Shown one piece after another: positions 49,701 through 60,284 of a stretch of 64,000 nucleotides of DNA. Under the pieces are notes generated by a model. That model saw only the letters and a list, made by a program, of their open reading frames with translations, was not told the DNA's origin and did not search any database. This stretch comes from Seison nebaliae (Eukaryota), in NCBI GenBank assembly GCA_023231475.1, contig JALJEE010000341.1, positions 1 through 64,000 on the forward strand, in the 5' to 3' direction. The position numbers were made by a program, and so were the translations under genes. Within the stretch, counting starts at the first letter, position 1; every line of letters begins with the position of its first letter.

Positions 49701-51533
49701 ATGACGACAGGTGTTAATGACAATATGATCATGATGATCTCAATAAACTATTCTTTTATTTTATTTGAGAGAGATAAGTATATGATAAAATAAATTGCCC
49801 ATCACTTCACAAATGTTTGTGCATTGGTAATTGGGACGATAAGAATGATTTCAATGAAGTGATGCACCTGATGCCAAAGTAAACAGAAGATTTTAATGAG
49901 CACATCCTTCAAACTAAATATCGACTTCCGAAAAGATAATAGTGAAAATTTTTCCTTTCTCCTCATCGAAAAGAAGAAAACGGAAATTTGTTTTGAAGAA
50001 AACTATTCCGTTGAGTGATTGGATGGAAAGTGATTCTAATCGTGATTCGGGATAGTCATAAAACAAATTGAGCGTTACTGACAGTGATTAATTAAAGAAT
50101 GCACAAGAATTTGAGACGGAAGTGATTCATTTGGCGTGTGTTAAGATACATTATCACACAATCATCAAAAGAACACACATTCCACTCACACATAACATGA
50201 TCAATTATCTGAGGTAGAATCAAACGAATTTTCGAACGAATCGAGAAGAAAAATCGAGGAATTTTACGTATTCCGAATCTATTTGAATGAAATGAAAGAA
50301 CAGGAATTTTGGTGGAGAAAACGAAAATATTTATGAAAATTATTATTGTTAGACACATCCCTAAACATCCTGATGCGGTAATAGGAAATAGGAAAAAAAA
50401 GTTTTTGTGAATTGAATTCCAACAAAAGAGAATTGCGCAAACATTCACTTAGAGGGATATGGCCAGAGAACTGCGCTGAATGGATATTGTGCTCATAAAT
50501 GTATTGCCTTCCGTCACAACTACCGGTATAGTTTATCGAGTGCTTATCGACAATTAGCTTAATCGTTTAAACATCTATAAAAAGGAATTGTAATAATCGT
50601 CTTCTTCTATTTTGTTTTCCATCGATATCAACAACAACTTTCTTGTACTTCATCGATCTCACTCATCGTCAAATGGATTTCGTGTAAATTTGCGAGAATT
50701 TCCTACTTTTCGAGAGAAGTCCCTTACGGTCAAACAAATGGGATATTCTTAGAGCATATTCGCTATTAGAGTGTGTCGAGGACTGAAATAACTGTATGAA
50801 TATGGTAAGTAAGTGGGAGAAGAGTGTGGAGAAGTTTCGGTGAGAAAAAGTGAGTTCGTTTATCAAAATCCTGTATAGTTTTGGTAACTCCAATTCGATA
50901 AATGTTATTTGAGGCAAATATTAATCTGTCCATTGCAATCAACATCTACATTTGCAGAATTTGTAAGATATTTAAACATTAAATTATTTCCTGATAAATT
51001 TACGAAGAAGAAATAATATAGCACGAACTAAACGAGTTGAAAGCATCAAAATTACAAATCGATTAATCGTCTTACACATTATTGTGGAAGAAGACGCCAC
51101 ACAAAGAACATGATGCCACATATCGATGACACATTAGATCACGTTAACTGTCGAACACGCAATCAGATGCATCGACCTTTGTAATTTGAGGTTACTGCTC
51201 AAAACCGTTTCCATACCAACTATAGGAAAAATTACAAAAATTCGAACAAGAATATAATTCAACTAAAAAAGAATTATAAAATATATTTTAAACTTGTAAA
51301 ATTGTAAGATTGATGAGACTTAATAAATAGAGTCGTGCGAATGGTGAGCATGTTGGAGAACAGATGTTTATCTTCTTCTGATGATGATGATGGCATCTGA
51401 GATTGTGTGAGAGATAATAAGAGAAAGTTTATTTTCTTTCAAAATAATCCGAATTACTTTCTTTAAAACAATTGTTGTTGTGAAAGAAATGATTCTTTTT
51501 ATTATTGAAAGGAAAATATTATTTCAATATGAC

Positions 51534-51557
51534 GATGATGATGATGATGATGATGAT
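51534..51557 (+). repeat. (GAT)8 microsatellite
   Basis: Direct reading of the sequence. Confidence 0.85.
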
Positions 51558-51808
51558 TAAACTTTTTGTCAGTACATGAATTACTTACTCACACATTCTC
51601 CCAAACAAACAATGACCTCTAATACCATTAAGTCTCGGAGGCGAGTTTTCTTATGCCACTTTCTCTATTGTTTCTCAGTTAATGAAGGAATCAAATAGAA
51701 CGTATGCGAATAAAAATGATAATACCAAAAGAAGGATTGCGATTAGAACAATGCCAATTGAAACTTCCCATTTCGAAAGAGCACACACTTATAATCATTA
51801 ACTATATC

Positions 51809-51831
51809 GATTGATTGATTGATTGATTGAT
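51809..51831 (+). repeat. (GATT)5 microsatellite
   Basis: Direct reading of the sequence. Confidence 0.85.
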
Positions 51832-53268
51832 CGATTTGATTGAATCGAAAAAAATGGAGAATGAATAAAAGAAAGAAATGTTTGAATGAATCAGTTATTG
51901 AGAGTAAGTGAACGAAATTGAACTATCGCCTCTACCTCAAAGTTTTGTTCGTTCATATACTTTTTTTAAAAAAAAATGTGAAGGTAAGACGTCCCGCATT
52001 GTTTTCTATTGATTTGTCGACAGAATATTAACTGACTTACAACAAACCATACAACAACTACAATTCTCATCGTTTTGTTTAATTGCATTCTTTTCCTCCT
52101 TCTCCTCCTTCTCCTCCTTCTTCTTCCCCTTCTGGGAGAGATTGGTAGGAGAATGTCAATCGAACGAAGCAGAAAACTGTTCGACCTTCAATTTATCAAT
52201 CAATCAATCATAATATTAGTAAGATGATTGAAGGAAATAGGAAGAATGAAATGTAAATTTTAGAAGAAAAGAATCCATAAATTTCGCGGTGAAAGTTTTA
52301 TGCATTTCTCAATTTCTCTTGTAACATCCGTTTCATACTGTTTCCACTATTATCCATTGAACAAAACAAATTCGAATGAAAAGGAATTCGAAGGAGAGCT
52401 TGACTGGTTGTTGCTCATTTCCGAAATATTTCCTTCTTTCATGTCATCGATGAGGAACTACTACTACTTGGTGGTGAGTATCTTCAAAGTAGAAGAATAC
52501 ATCACCGTCAACTTTCACTAGAATATGGGAAGTGGTTGGAGAAATGGTTGACATCGAATTTGTTAAAAATAACACAATGAAATTATCGAAGTATTCAAGT
52601 TCTCCTCTGATAGCGCCGATTGAGTGAAGATATAGATAAGTGTCATCTTATTTCCATACCTTCACCATCACATTGTTTGAACGAATAAATGAATTTAAAA
52701 AATAACGAGCAAAAAATGCGAGAAGCGCAATAGCAATAAAATTGGATTATATTTCTTTTGAACTCGTTCAAATGAAGGTGCTAAAGATCGGCGTATAAAA
52801 TTATCGCCGCTACCGGATGCAGTCGTTAAAGACATCTGGACCAAATGTTTGACTTTATTATCTTCTAATCATCTTATAAATATAAATTGAAATTATTCTT
52901 TCTTTTTTTCCTTTTTTTTTTAGAGAAGTTTTTTTTTAAGAAGTTCAGGAACTCATCGAAGAATTTACTTTTATAGGAAAATAACAAATAAGAAAAAAAA
53001 ACAAATATTCATCATCATCATCATCTCACTTTCTTTTTTGACCTGAATAACTGTAATAACTTCACAGTTGGTAGTCCAAGAAAATTACCTCAAATTGAAT
53101 AATCTTCATAATTAAGTCTTGTGAGTAACATTGTCTAAAGCGAATTGAAGCAACGAAAGTGTAAGTTCTTTACAAGCATCTGTTGTTATTATTTGCTTCC
53201 GTAATCCCTAGAAAAATTTCCTTTGTTTGTTTGAACGAACTGGTCAAACAACAAACGAATTCGACTTC

Positions 53269-55094
53269 TCATTTTAATCGACTGAATAATCGAATGAGAA
53301 ATTCTCCATCAAACTGTTCGATGATACTCTCACTCTTCAGATTGGGGAGTGGAGTCGTTATTTCGAATCGAAAAGTTCGAATAAAATAAATGAGGAATGT
53401 TTTGATGGAAATTAATGCGAATTTTGATGCGGGACATCTCCTTCGTCCCATTCCGAAATTTCCAATGGAATTATTCTCAAACAATTTTACATTTGGTGAA
53501 ATTATCGTATTATGATAAATCGATAATTGATTATCCAATATTATCGTTTTCGAACATTTACGACTAATTACACTAAAAATTGAATGAAATAAATCTGTTT
53601 ATTGAAATGAGGAGAACCTGGGCGCTGTTGAATGTTCTTTCATTGTATCGTTTAAGAAATTATTCAATTCTTCAAATTCATTGACATTCTCATAAGATAA
53701 TAACTGAAAATCATTAGAATAAATCATCCATTAAATTTAAATCGAAAACATTTTGTTTATTAAATTTCTGTAGAATGAGTTGGAATAATTCTTCTTGTTT
53801 CTTTTCATTTTTACATAGACGATAAATGGAAAATGTCAATAAACTTCCACTTGTCTCATAACCAGCGATGAGACAAAAAGCCAAATTCGATTTAATCGAT
53901 GTGAAATGATATCGTTTCTTTATCATTTCTGTTAACAGATCATTCGGTGCCTCACCTGATCGAATCAATTCACAACGTTCATTGATTAGTTGATGAAGAT
54001 TAGAATCTGGAAAAAAATTCTAAAAATTAAATTTAAAAATAATTTAAAAACTTTTTATGTTACTGGAAATGAAGGTAAGAAAGTCTAATATGGGAAGGAC
54101 GAATAAATATTGAAGAATTGGGAATATATCTGACAAATTTTTATTAAAAATTAAATTAAAAACATAAAAAAATCAAACTTAATAGACAAGTAAAGAAATT
54201 GGAAAGTTTCGTAAGTTCATTAGCGAATTGATGTAATTTGTCGAATGAACTGTCACGTTTCTGAAAATGTTGAGTCAAATAAGAATAATTCTTTTTACTT
54301 TGAATGAAGTCCTCGATGACATCGAATGAGAAAATTTGAGAAATTCTGATGGAAAGAAATTGTGAGAGAAATTATTGGAAAAATTCACTTTTGTATATCG
54401 ATCAATTCCTCCGAATTTTTCTCTAATAAATTGATTAATAAAATTCTCATATATTTCTCCGTGATTCGTTTTTCATTCTATAATTTTTTTTTTAAATTAC
54501 CAAATCGGAAAATTATTCAAACAAATCTCTTTTTATTAAAGAACATCGTTCTCGCAATATCTCCTCGCCACAATTGCCAATTGTGATAATTGGAGGAGAA
54601 GATATTGGAATAATAAGAATTCTTCAAATAATCACTAATGCCAATTGACTGGAATTGAAATGAGAATTGAAATGAGAATTTCAACATTAAAAAAATGGAA
54701 ACTTTTCTGTGAAAACAATTTTGAAAATTTCCAACAAATAATTTTTCGATAGTTTGTTTATCGTCTAAAATTAGTATAAATTGATAACCATCAAGATATC
54801 TGAAAAAGTAAATGATGGAAAAAATGATGAAAAATGAAACTGACCCGAATTTTTCTCCATAACATTCACTCCATTGTCGAATGGAATTCTTATAACCGAA
54901 TCGTATTAGATGGAATGTGGAGCCGATAAACGGTAAAGGAAATGGTCCAGATATTTTGTGAAATTTTAATAAGAATTTCCATCTAAAAAATGTAGAAAAT
55001 TCAATTTAATTGAGTTGAAATTGATGAATCGAAACCTGATGTAATAGAATGTGAGATAAGTGATGGTAATTAATGATAATAATATGGTGAACAT
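53269..55094 (-). CDS. Cytochrome P450 (microsomal, clan 3-like), ~10 exons, atypical
   Basis: N-terminal anchor MFTILLSLITITYLTFYYI, hinge SGPFPLPFIG, WQLWR (WxxxR), I-helix IAGYETS, heme motif FGMGRRRCPA. The hand-spliced frame is open throughout. Confidence 0.88.
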
Positions 55095-55216
55095 GACGAT
55101 GAGGAAAATGGAAATTATCTGTCGTGTGAAGGACGATTTGTGGAAATAGAAATTTTTTATTGAAAAAAAATTTTGAAAAAAAATTTTATGATGGAAATTG
55201 TTGGCTAAATGATTTG

Positions 55217-56728
55217 ATGAATTGTCTGAAGCGTTATTCAACCAACTTGAAATTGAAGACATTGAGAGATGTAGGTCAATTTCGATATTCGACGAAATGT
55301 TTATTGGAAAAATATGAAGAGAAGGTGGAGAAGAAGGAAATCGAATCTGATGAGAATCAGATAGAAATCATCAAAAATTATTTGATGCCTTTCGCTCAAC
55401 TTGCAATCAAACGATTGAGTGACGGTTCGAAAAAATCAATTTTAAAAAATTTCTTCTCATCTTCATCATCATTATCGTCGAAATTGGAGAAAGGAGTTTA
55501 TTTATATGGAGGTGTTGGTAGTGGGAAAACGATGTTGATGAATTTGACATTTGATTGGATTTCAAATGAATTGCAAAAAGATGGATTAATGAAGAGGGAA
55601 ATGAATGTGAATAATCAATTGATACGTAGTCAATTGGATGGAATTCGACGATGTCATTTCATTTCATTTATGAAAGAATTTCATTTAAATTTACATCGAT
55701 TGAAAATGGAAGGAAATGTGATGAATGGAGTGGAATTGATTGGAGAGAGAATATTGAAAGAATCATCGATAATTTGTTTTGATGAATTCCAAGTGACAGA
55801 TATTGCTGATGCAATGATTATGAGGAATTTATTCCAATATTTATTCGATCATCAACTTCTCATTTTTGGAACGAGTAATCGTCGACCGAACGATCTCTAT
55901 CTTAACGGTTTACAACGAAGTAATTTTCTACCATTTATTCCATTATTGGAATCTCATACTTTTCCCATACAAATTCTTCAACATAAAGATTATCGTATTG
56001 ATCAACAACAACAACAACGGGAAGAAGAAGAAGAAGAATCGAAAGACATTGATGAAAAAGAGAAATTTTTAAGAAGGAAATTTCTCTTAAAAAATTCACC
56101 TAAAACTTTCTTTAGTTTCGATGACGAATCGTCGAATGATATTGTGGAATGGATGAAAAGAAAAGATGAATCAATCGAATCGTTAAATGAATTGAAAGGT
56201 GAGGAGATGATGGTGGAGAGTTTTGGGAGGAAGATCATAATACCAAATTTAATAAAATTTTCGAAAGAAAATTTCGAAATGAAATTTGGATTTTATTCAT
56301 TCAACGAATTATTCGAAGAAAATAAAAGTTCCATCGATTATGAAAGTATCACCGATGTTTGTTTGAATGGATTAATCGTCTCAAATTTCCCATTTTATGG
56401 AATTGATGTTTTTCAGAATTCGTCAGCATTTCGACGCTTCATCACTTTCATTGATATCGTTTATGATAAGAATCGATTACTCATTCTCCAATTAGACGAA
56501 TTAAATCGAATTAATTCGCTCGAACAACTTTTCTCTATTAAACGTCAATTGGATGAGTCAGTTCTGTATGATCGAATGAAACATCTAGCTGATTATACGG
56601 ACGGAAAGATCGATAAGAACATCAGTTTATTGACAAATGAAGATGAACGTTTCTCCATCCAACGAACAATTAGTCGACTAAATGAAATTTTCAATTCAAA
56701 AACTTATTGGGAGAAATCGATTAGATGA
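55217..56728 (+). CDS. AFG1L: AFG1-like ATPase (LACE1), intronless
   Basis: KGVYLYGGVGSGKTMLM (Walker A), ICFDEFQVTDIADAMI (Walker B), TSNRRPNDLYLNGLQRSNFLPFI, RRFITFIDIVYD, DERFSIQRTISRL. First in-frame ATG at 55217. Confidence 0.95.
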   Translation: MNCLKRYSTNLKLKTLRDVGQFRYSTKCLLEKYEEKVEKKEIESDENQIEIIKNYLMPFAQLAIKRLSDGSKKSILKNFFSSSSSLSSKLEKGVYLYGGVGSGKTMLMNLTFDWISNELQKDGLMKREMNVNNQLIRSQLDGIRRCHFISFMKEFHLNLHRLKMEGNVMNGVELIGERILKESSIICFDEFQVTDIADAMIMRNLFQYLFDHQLLIFGTSNRRPNDLYLNGLQRSNFLPFIPLLESHTFPIQILQHKDYRIDQQQQQREEEEEESKDIDEKEKFLRRKFLLKNSPKTFFSFDDESSNDIVEWMKRKDESIESLNELKGEEMMVESFGRKIIIPNLIKFSKENFEMKFGFYSFNELFEENKSSIDYESITDVCLNGLIVSNFPFYGIDVFQNSSAFRRFITFIDIVYDKNRLLILQLDELNRINSLEQLFSIKRQLDESVLYDRMKHLADYTDGKIDKNISLLTNEDERFSIQRTISRLNEIFNSKTYWEKSIR

Positions 56729-56760
56729 AAATTATTTAATAAAACTTTATTTTTAATAAA

Positions 56761-57054
56761 TTATGCTAATGTTGCTTGATCTGACATTCGTTCTGCTATC
56801 GGTTTTGGATTCACTTTAAAGAGAACAATACAGAATATTGCACATAATAATAGTACGATAATTGCTACGATACTAATTAGAGTAATGAGCATCGCATTGA
56901 ACTGAATTGGTCCGTCGATATCTTTCGAATTAGCAGACGGTACGGTCAACGTTCTGGTTTGGGGACCGTCCAAATCCGTTACCATTCCAGCATGTCCATA
57001 TGATTCACGATTTCTTGGTGTGGAAAATAGGAAGTTTGCTCTCCTCTGCACCAT
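56761..57054 (-). CDS. Small single-pass membrane protein, last exon; upstream exons uncertain
   Basis: ORF with a strong TM segment MLITLISIVAIIVLLLCAIFCIVLF. Short intron-like segments upstream to ~57260. Confidence 0.5.
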   Translation of the reverse strand: MVQRRANFLFSTPRNRESYGHAGMVTDLDGPQTRTLTVPSANSKDIDGPIQFNAMLITLISIVAIIVLLLCAIFCIVLFKVNPKPIAERMSDQATLA

Positions 57055-57442
57055 TCGGTTAACGGAGTAACAAATGAAAACGGATCAAATTAAATTCGAA
57101 TTTTTATTGAATGAAATCCATTCAAACCCATTGTGAAATGTTGGAAATGGACCTTCATTCGACTAACAACTCCTTTTACATTATTTGAATGAATTGAGAA
57201 AAATTCCTTTAACCTTCCCAACTAATTCCACAAGAATAATTGTGATGAATAATCAGGAATTCCAAAAAAAAAAGAATTTTAAAAAATTTTACCAATTCTC
57301 ACTGTTGTTGTTAAAAAGTTTGAATTTAAAATTTTAAAAAAATTTCAAAATTTTCTTTATAAATATGATCTTATTCTCCAAATTTAAATTAGTTACAATC
57401 TGTTTTGGAATCGGAACAAAATTGGACCCTCGATAATTAAAG

Positions 57443-57866
57443 ATGAATGAAAAAGATGGTGATAATATCGAAGAAATCAGATTAAGTGAAGGTTCGAATA
57501 ATTTTACATTTGTCTTAGTGTGATCGATTGGCAGATGGGACCTATGAGGCAGAGAAGTTAAAGGAAGAATGCGAAGATGGTTTGAAAGAACTGACAAGCC
57601 AATTGAACGAGCTATCAACGAACGAAGAGAAATTGATGTTGAATTCTGAAGTCTTGAAATTGCAATCGACTCTAGGAGGTTTCATTTTGATATTTTGAAT
57701 ATTTGTATTTCTACTCATTACAGATATCACATCCAGATTGAACGAAGTAAAAGATGAAAATGGAAAATTGAGATCAGAAATTCGTGTATTGAGTCAGTAT
57801 GTGGAGAATTTGGTTACATCAAGTTCGATCTTTCAGAACACAGCCATCCTCTCAACGAAACCATAA
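57443..57866 (+). CDS. SCOC: Short coiled-coil protein (SCOC/UNC-69), 3 exons; missed by the ORF track
   Basis: Spliced product ...EEKLMLNSEVLKLQSTLGDITSRLNEVKDENGKLRSEIRVLSQYVENLVTSSSIFQ matches the SCOC coiled coil (EEKxRLxxQVLELQxTLxDLSxRVxxVKEENxKLxSENxVLGQYIENLM). Confidence 0.9.
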
Positions 57867-58432
57867 ATTTATATTTAATTCATCTTTTTCATCTATTTAG
57901 AGATATAAATCTATATTTCTTATTATTCATAAATACAAATAAAAGGACATCATTCTTTGTATCGCTTGGTAAAATGTTATTCTATAATGAATTAACGATG
58001 AATTAATTAATTTATATTAAATTCAGAGATTGTACTTTGGAAATTGAATTAACAAATCGGAAAATGTACCCTTTACATGGATGGGCATTATGGGAAAATG
58101 TTGAAGATTATTAAAAATAATCTTTATTGGAAATAATAAAAAATTCAAAGTTTAAGCTTATATCTCAGATATAATAGGGAAGTTAAGCTTAATAAGAATC
58201 TTGAAAGTAATTTCCATTAACATCTTAACAACAACAATATTGATAGTCATAAGCTAAAGAATTTTGAGACGGAAGATCATTTGAAATCAGGAAGTTGATA
58301 GAAGTTGAAAATAATAAGTTTGGTGAAAGTTGCGATTTATTCCAATTTTTTCCGTCGACAGCTTTTGTTGTTTGTAGATAGACAGTAATTTGAATATTCA
58401 AAAAATTTTTTTTCGTTAATTTCCATTTCGCC

Positions 58433-60037
58433 ATGTCTCATTTGAGTCAATTGGATCCGTCGGCGATTCAAAGTGTTCGCTATCCGACTTCTTACGATAC
58501 CACTTCTCAATACGCTACCATCACTCACGATGACAATTATGATATGGATGAGAAGGACTCGATTCAATTACCAAAGAAAAAACGACGTCCAATGGACGAC
58601 GAGCCGATGGATGAAATGGACGACGAAATGGAAGATCTAGAAGAATTCGCATCTCACGGAATATTGAAATCGACCGTTGTTGGTGATGGTGAAGATGAGG
58701 AAGACGAAGATTTTCCAGGAGAAGAATTATTAAAACATTACGAACGGAAACATCGTGACGATTATGATAATGAAGAGGATGATGAACCGAATCATCATGT
58801 TATTCATGCTTTCGATATTTATGGTAATCCAATACCATCATTTGAACATCCAAATATGGGTTATGAGATGGATGTGAAACCGTTTAAGAAATCGCGTCAT
58901 CGATCACATCGGAAACATCATCGTCATCGAGATCGAGAATTGCAATCGATCGATCGATTTATGAGAGACGAAATTTGTCAATTATATGAAATTGATAACG
59001 AACAAACAATTCCAACAGATACCAATTTATTTACTTATAAAGATGATAGACAATTATTTAATGATCTTTTATTAGTGAATGGAGGTCAAATGGAGAATCA
59101 AATCATTGATTGTGCCACCAAACATTATAATATTGTATTACCATATCGGATATTGGAGAAGGAAATACCTCCAAGAAAGAATGTACTTCCATCATTAATC
59201 GAATCAGCTAAACGGAATATTGCTATCGTTCCAGTGTGTTCATTCGATCAATTATGTGGTTAATAAATTGAATTATAAAATAATTATAAATTATTATAAT
59301 TTAATTTTAATTTTTCTTTTAGATGATCTTGAAAATTATGTTCAAACAAATCGATTCCAGAATGAGGAACAACTTCAACAACAACAGGAAGAAGAAGATG
59401 AAGTAGATGATGATGATGATGATGATGATGTGGTGAATGAGGAGATTGAATCGATTCATGAAACTCATCCATATCATCCATCACGACGTGTCATGGAAAA
59501 TAATGAGAATATTCCACAACATCATATTCATCATTCTATTCCACTTCAACCACCACCACATTCATATCATTACAGTAATTATCCTGGAGCGAGAATACCA
59601 CTCCAACATCATCATCAAATTATTAATCGTTCACATTTTGAGGATGAGAATCAGGATGATGATAATGAAAACGAGAGAAATCATCCGATGATGGAGCATC
59701 ATAGAAAGCAGGAACTTATTCCAAATCATCCTCATGAATCCAATTTCCATCCAAATCGATATTCTCGACAATTCGACGGTCAAGAAATGAATGTACAATA
59801 TAGTTAAAATTTGAAATTTTTTAATAATTCAATTCATTATCAGGACCAAGAGAACATGTTCGTTTTCAACATCCACCACCACCTAACAATTATGTTCCTC
59901 GACATTCCTTCGTCAATGACGAAGATGATGATGAAGACAACGATCCAATTGGCAATGAGAAACATAAGAAATTGTATATGGATATGAATCAATCGAACAG
60001 AATTCACGATAACGACGAAAGAATTATTATGAGATGA
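58433..60037 (+). CDS. Uncharacterised acidic, His/Pro-rich protein, 3 exons
   Basis: ORFs 58433-59263 and 59220-59807 plus a last exon join via two GTTA..AG introns and end at TGA 60035-60037. Basic NLS-like PKKKRRP. Confidence 0.65.
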
Positions 60038-60284
60038 AAGAAAAAAAGAGAGAGAGAGAGAGATGAGAATCATCAAATAATTTAATTTTCGAGAAATATT
60101 TAATCGAATTATTTCGTTTTGTCCTCTTTATTTCCCTTCTCATCACACCTCCCCACACCGCTATATATTTTGAGAAAGTTTATGAAAAAAAAGAAATTTC
60201 AATTTTTGGAATTCCAATGAAAAAAACATTTCATTTTCAACAAATTGTTGTTGGTGTTGTTTGTTGGAAAAAGAATTTTAATAT

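Noticed and set aside
49045..49864. 9-10 bp inverted repeats (gtttgatgt/acatcaaac; catcacttca/tgaagtgatg)
   Set aside because: Stems this short are expected by chance in 14 kb of AT-rich DNA; no known miRNA seed recognised
39831..52521. Short 60-130 aa ORFs in the non-coding block
   Set aside because: No recognisable motifs, many non-ATG starts, composition like AT-rich non-coding DNA, and no consistent exon chain found
58945..59140. Faint acyl-carrier-protein-like pattern in the unknown acidic protein
   Set aside because: No DSL/phosphopantetheine serine motif; resemblance too weak
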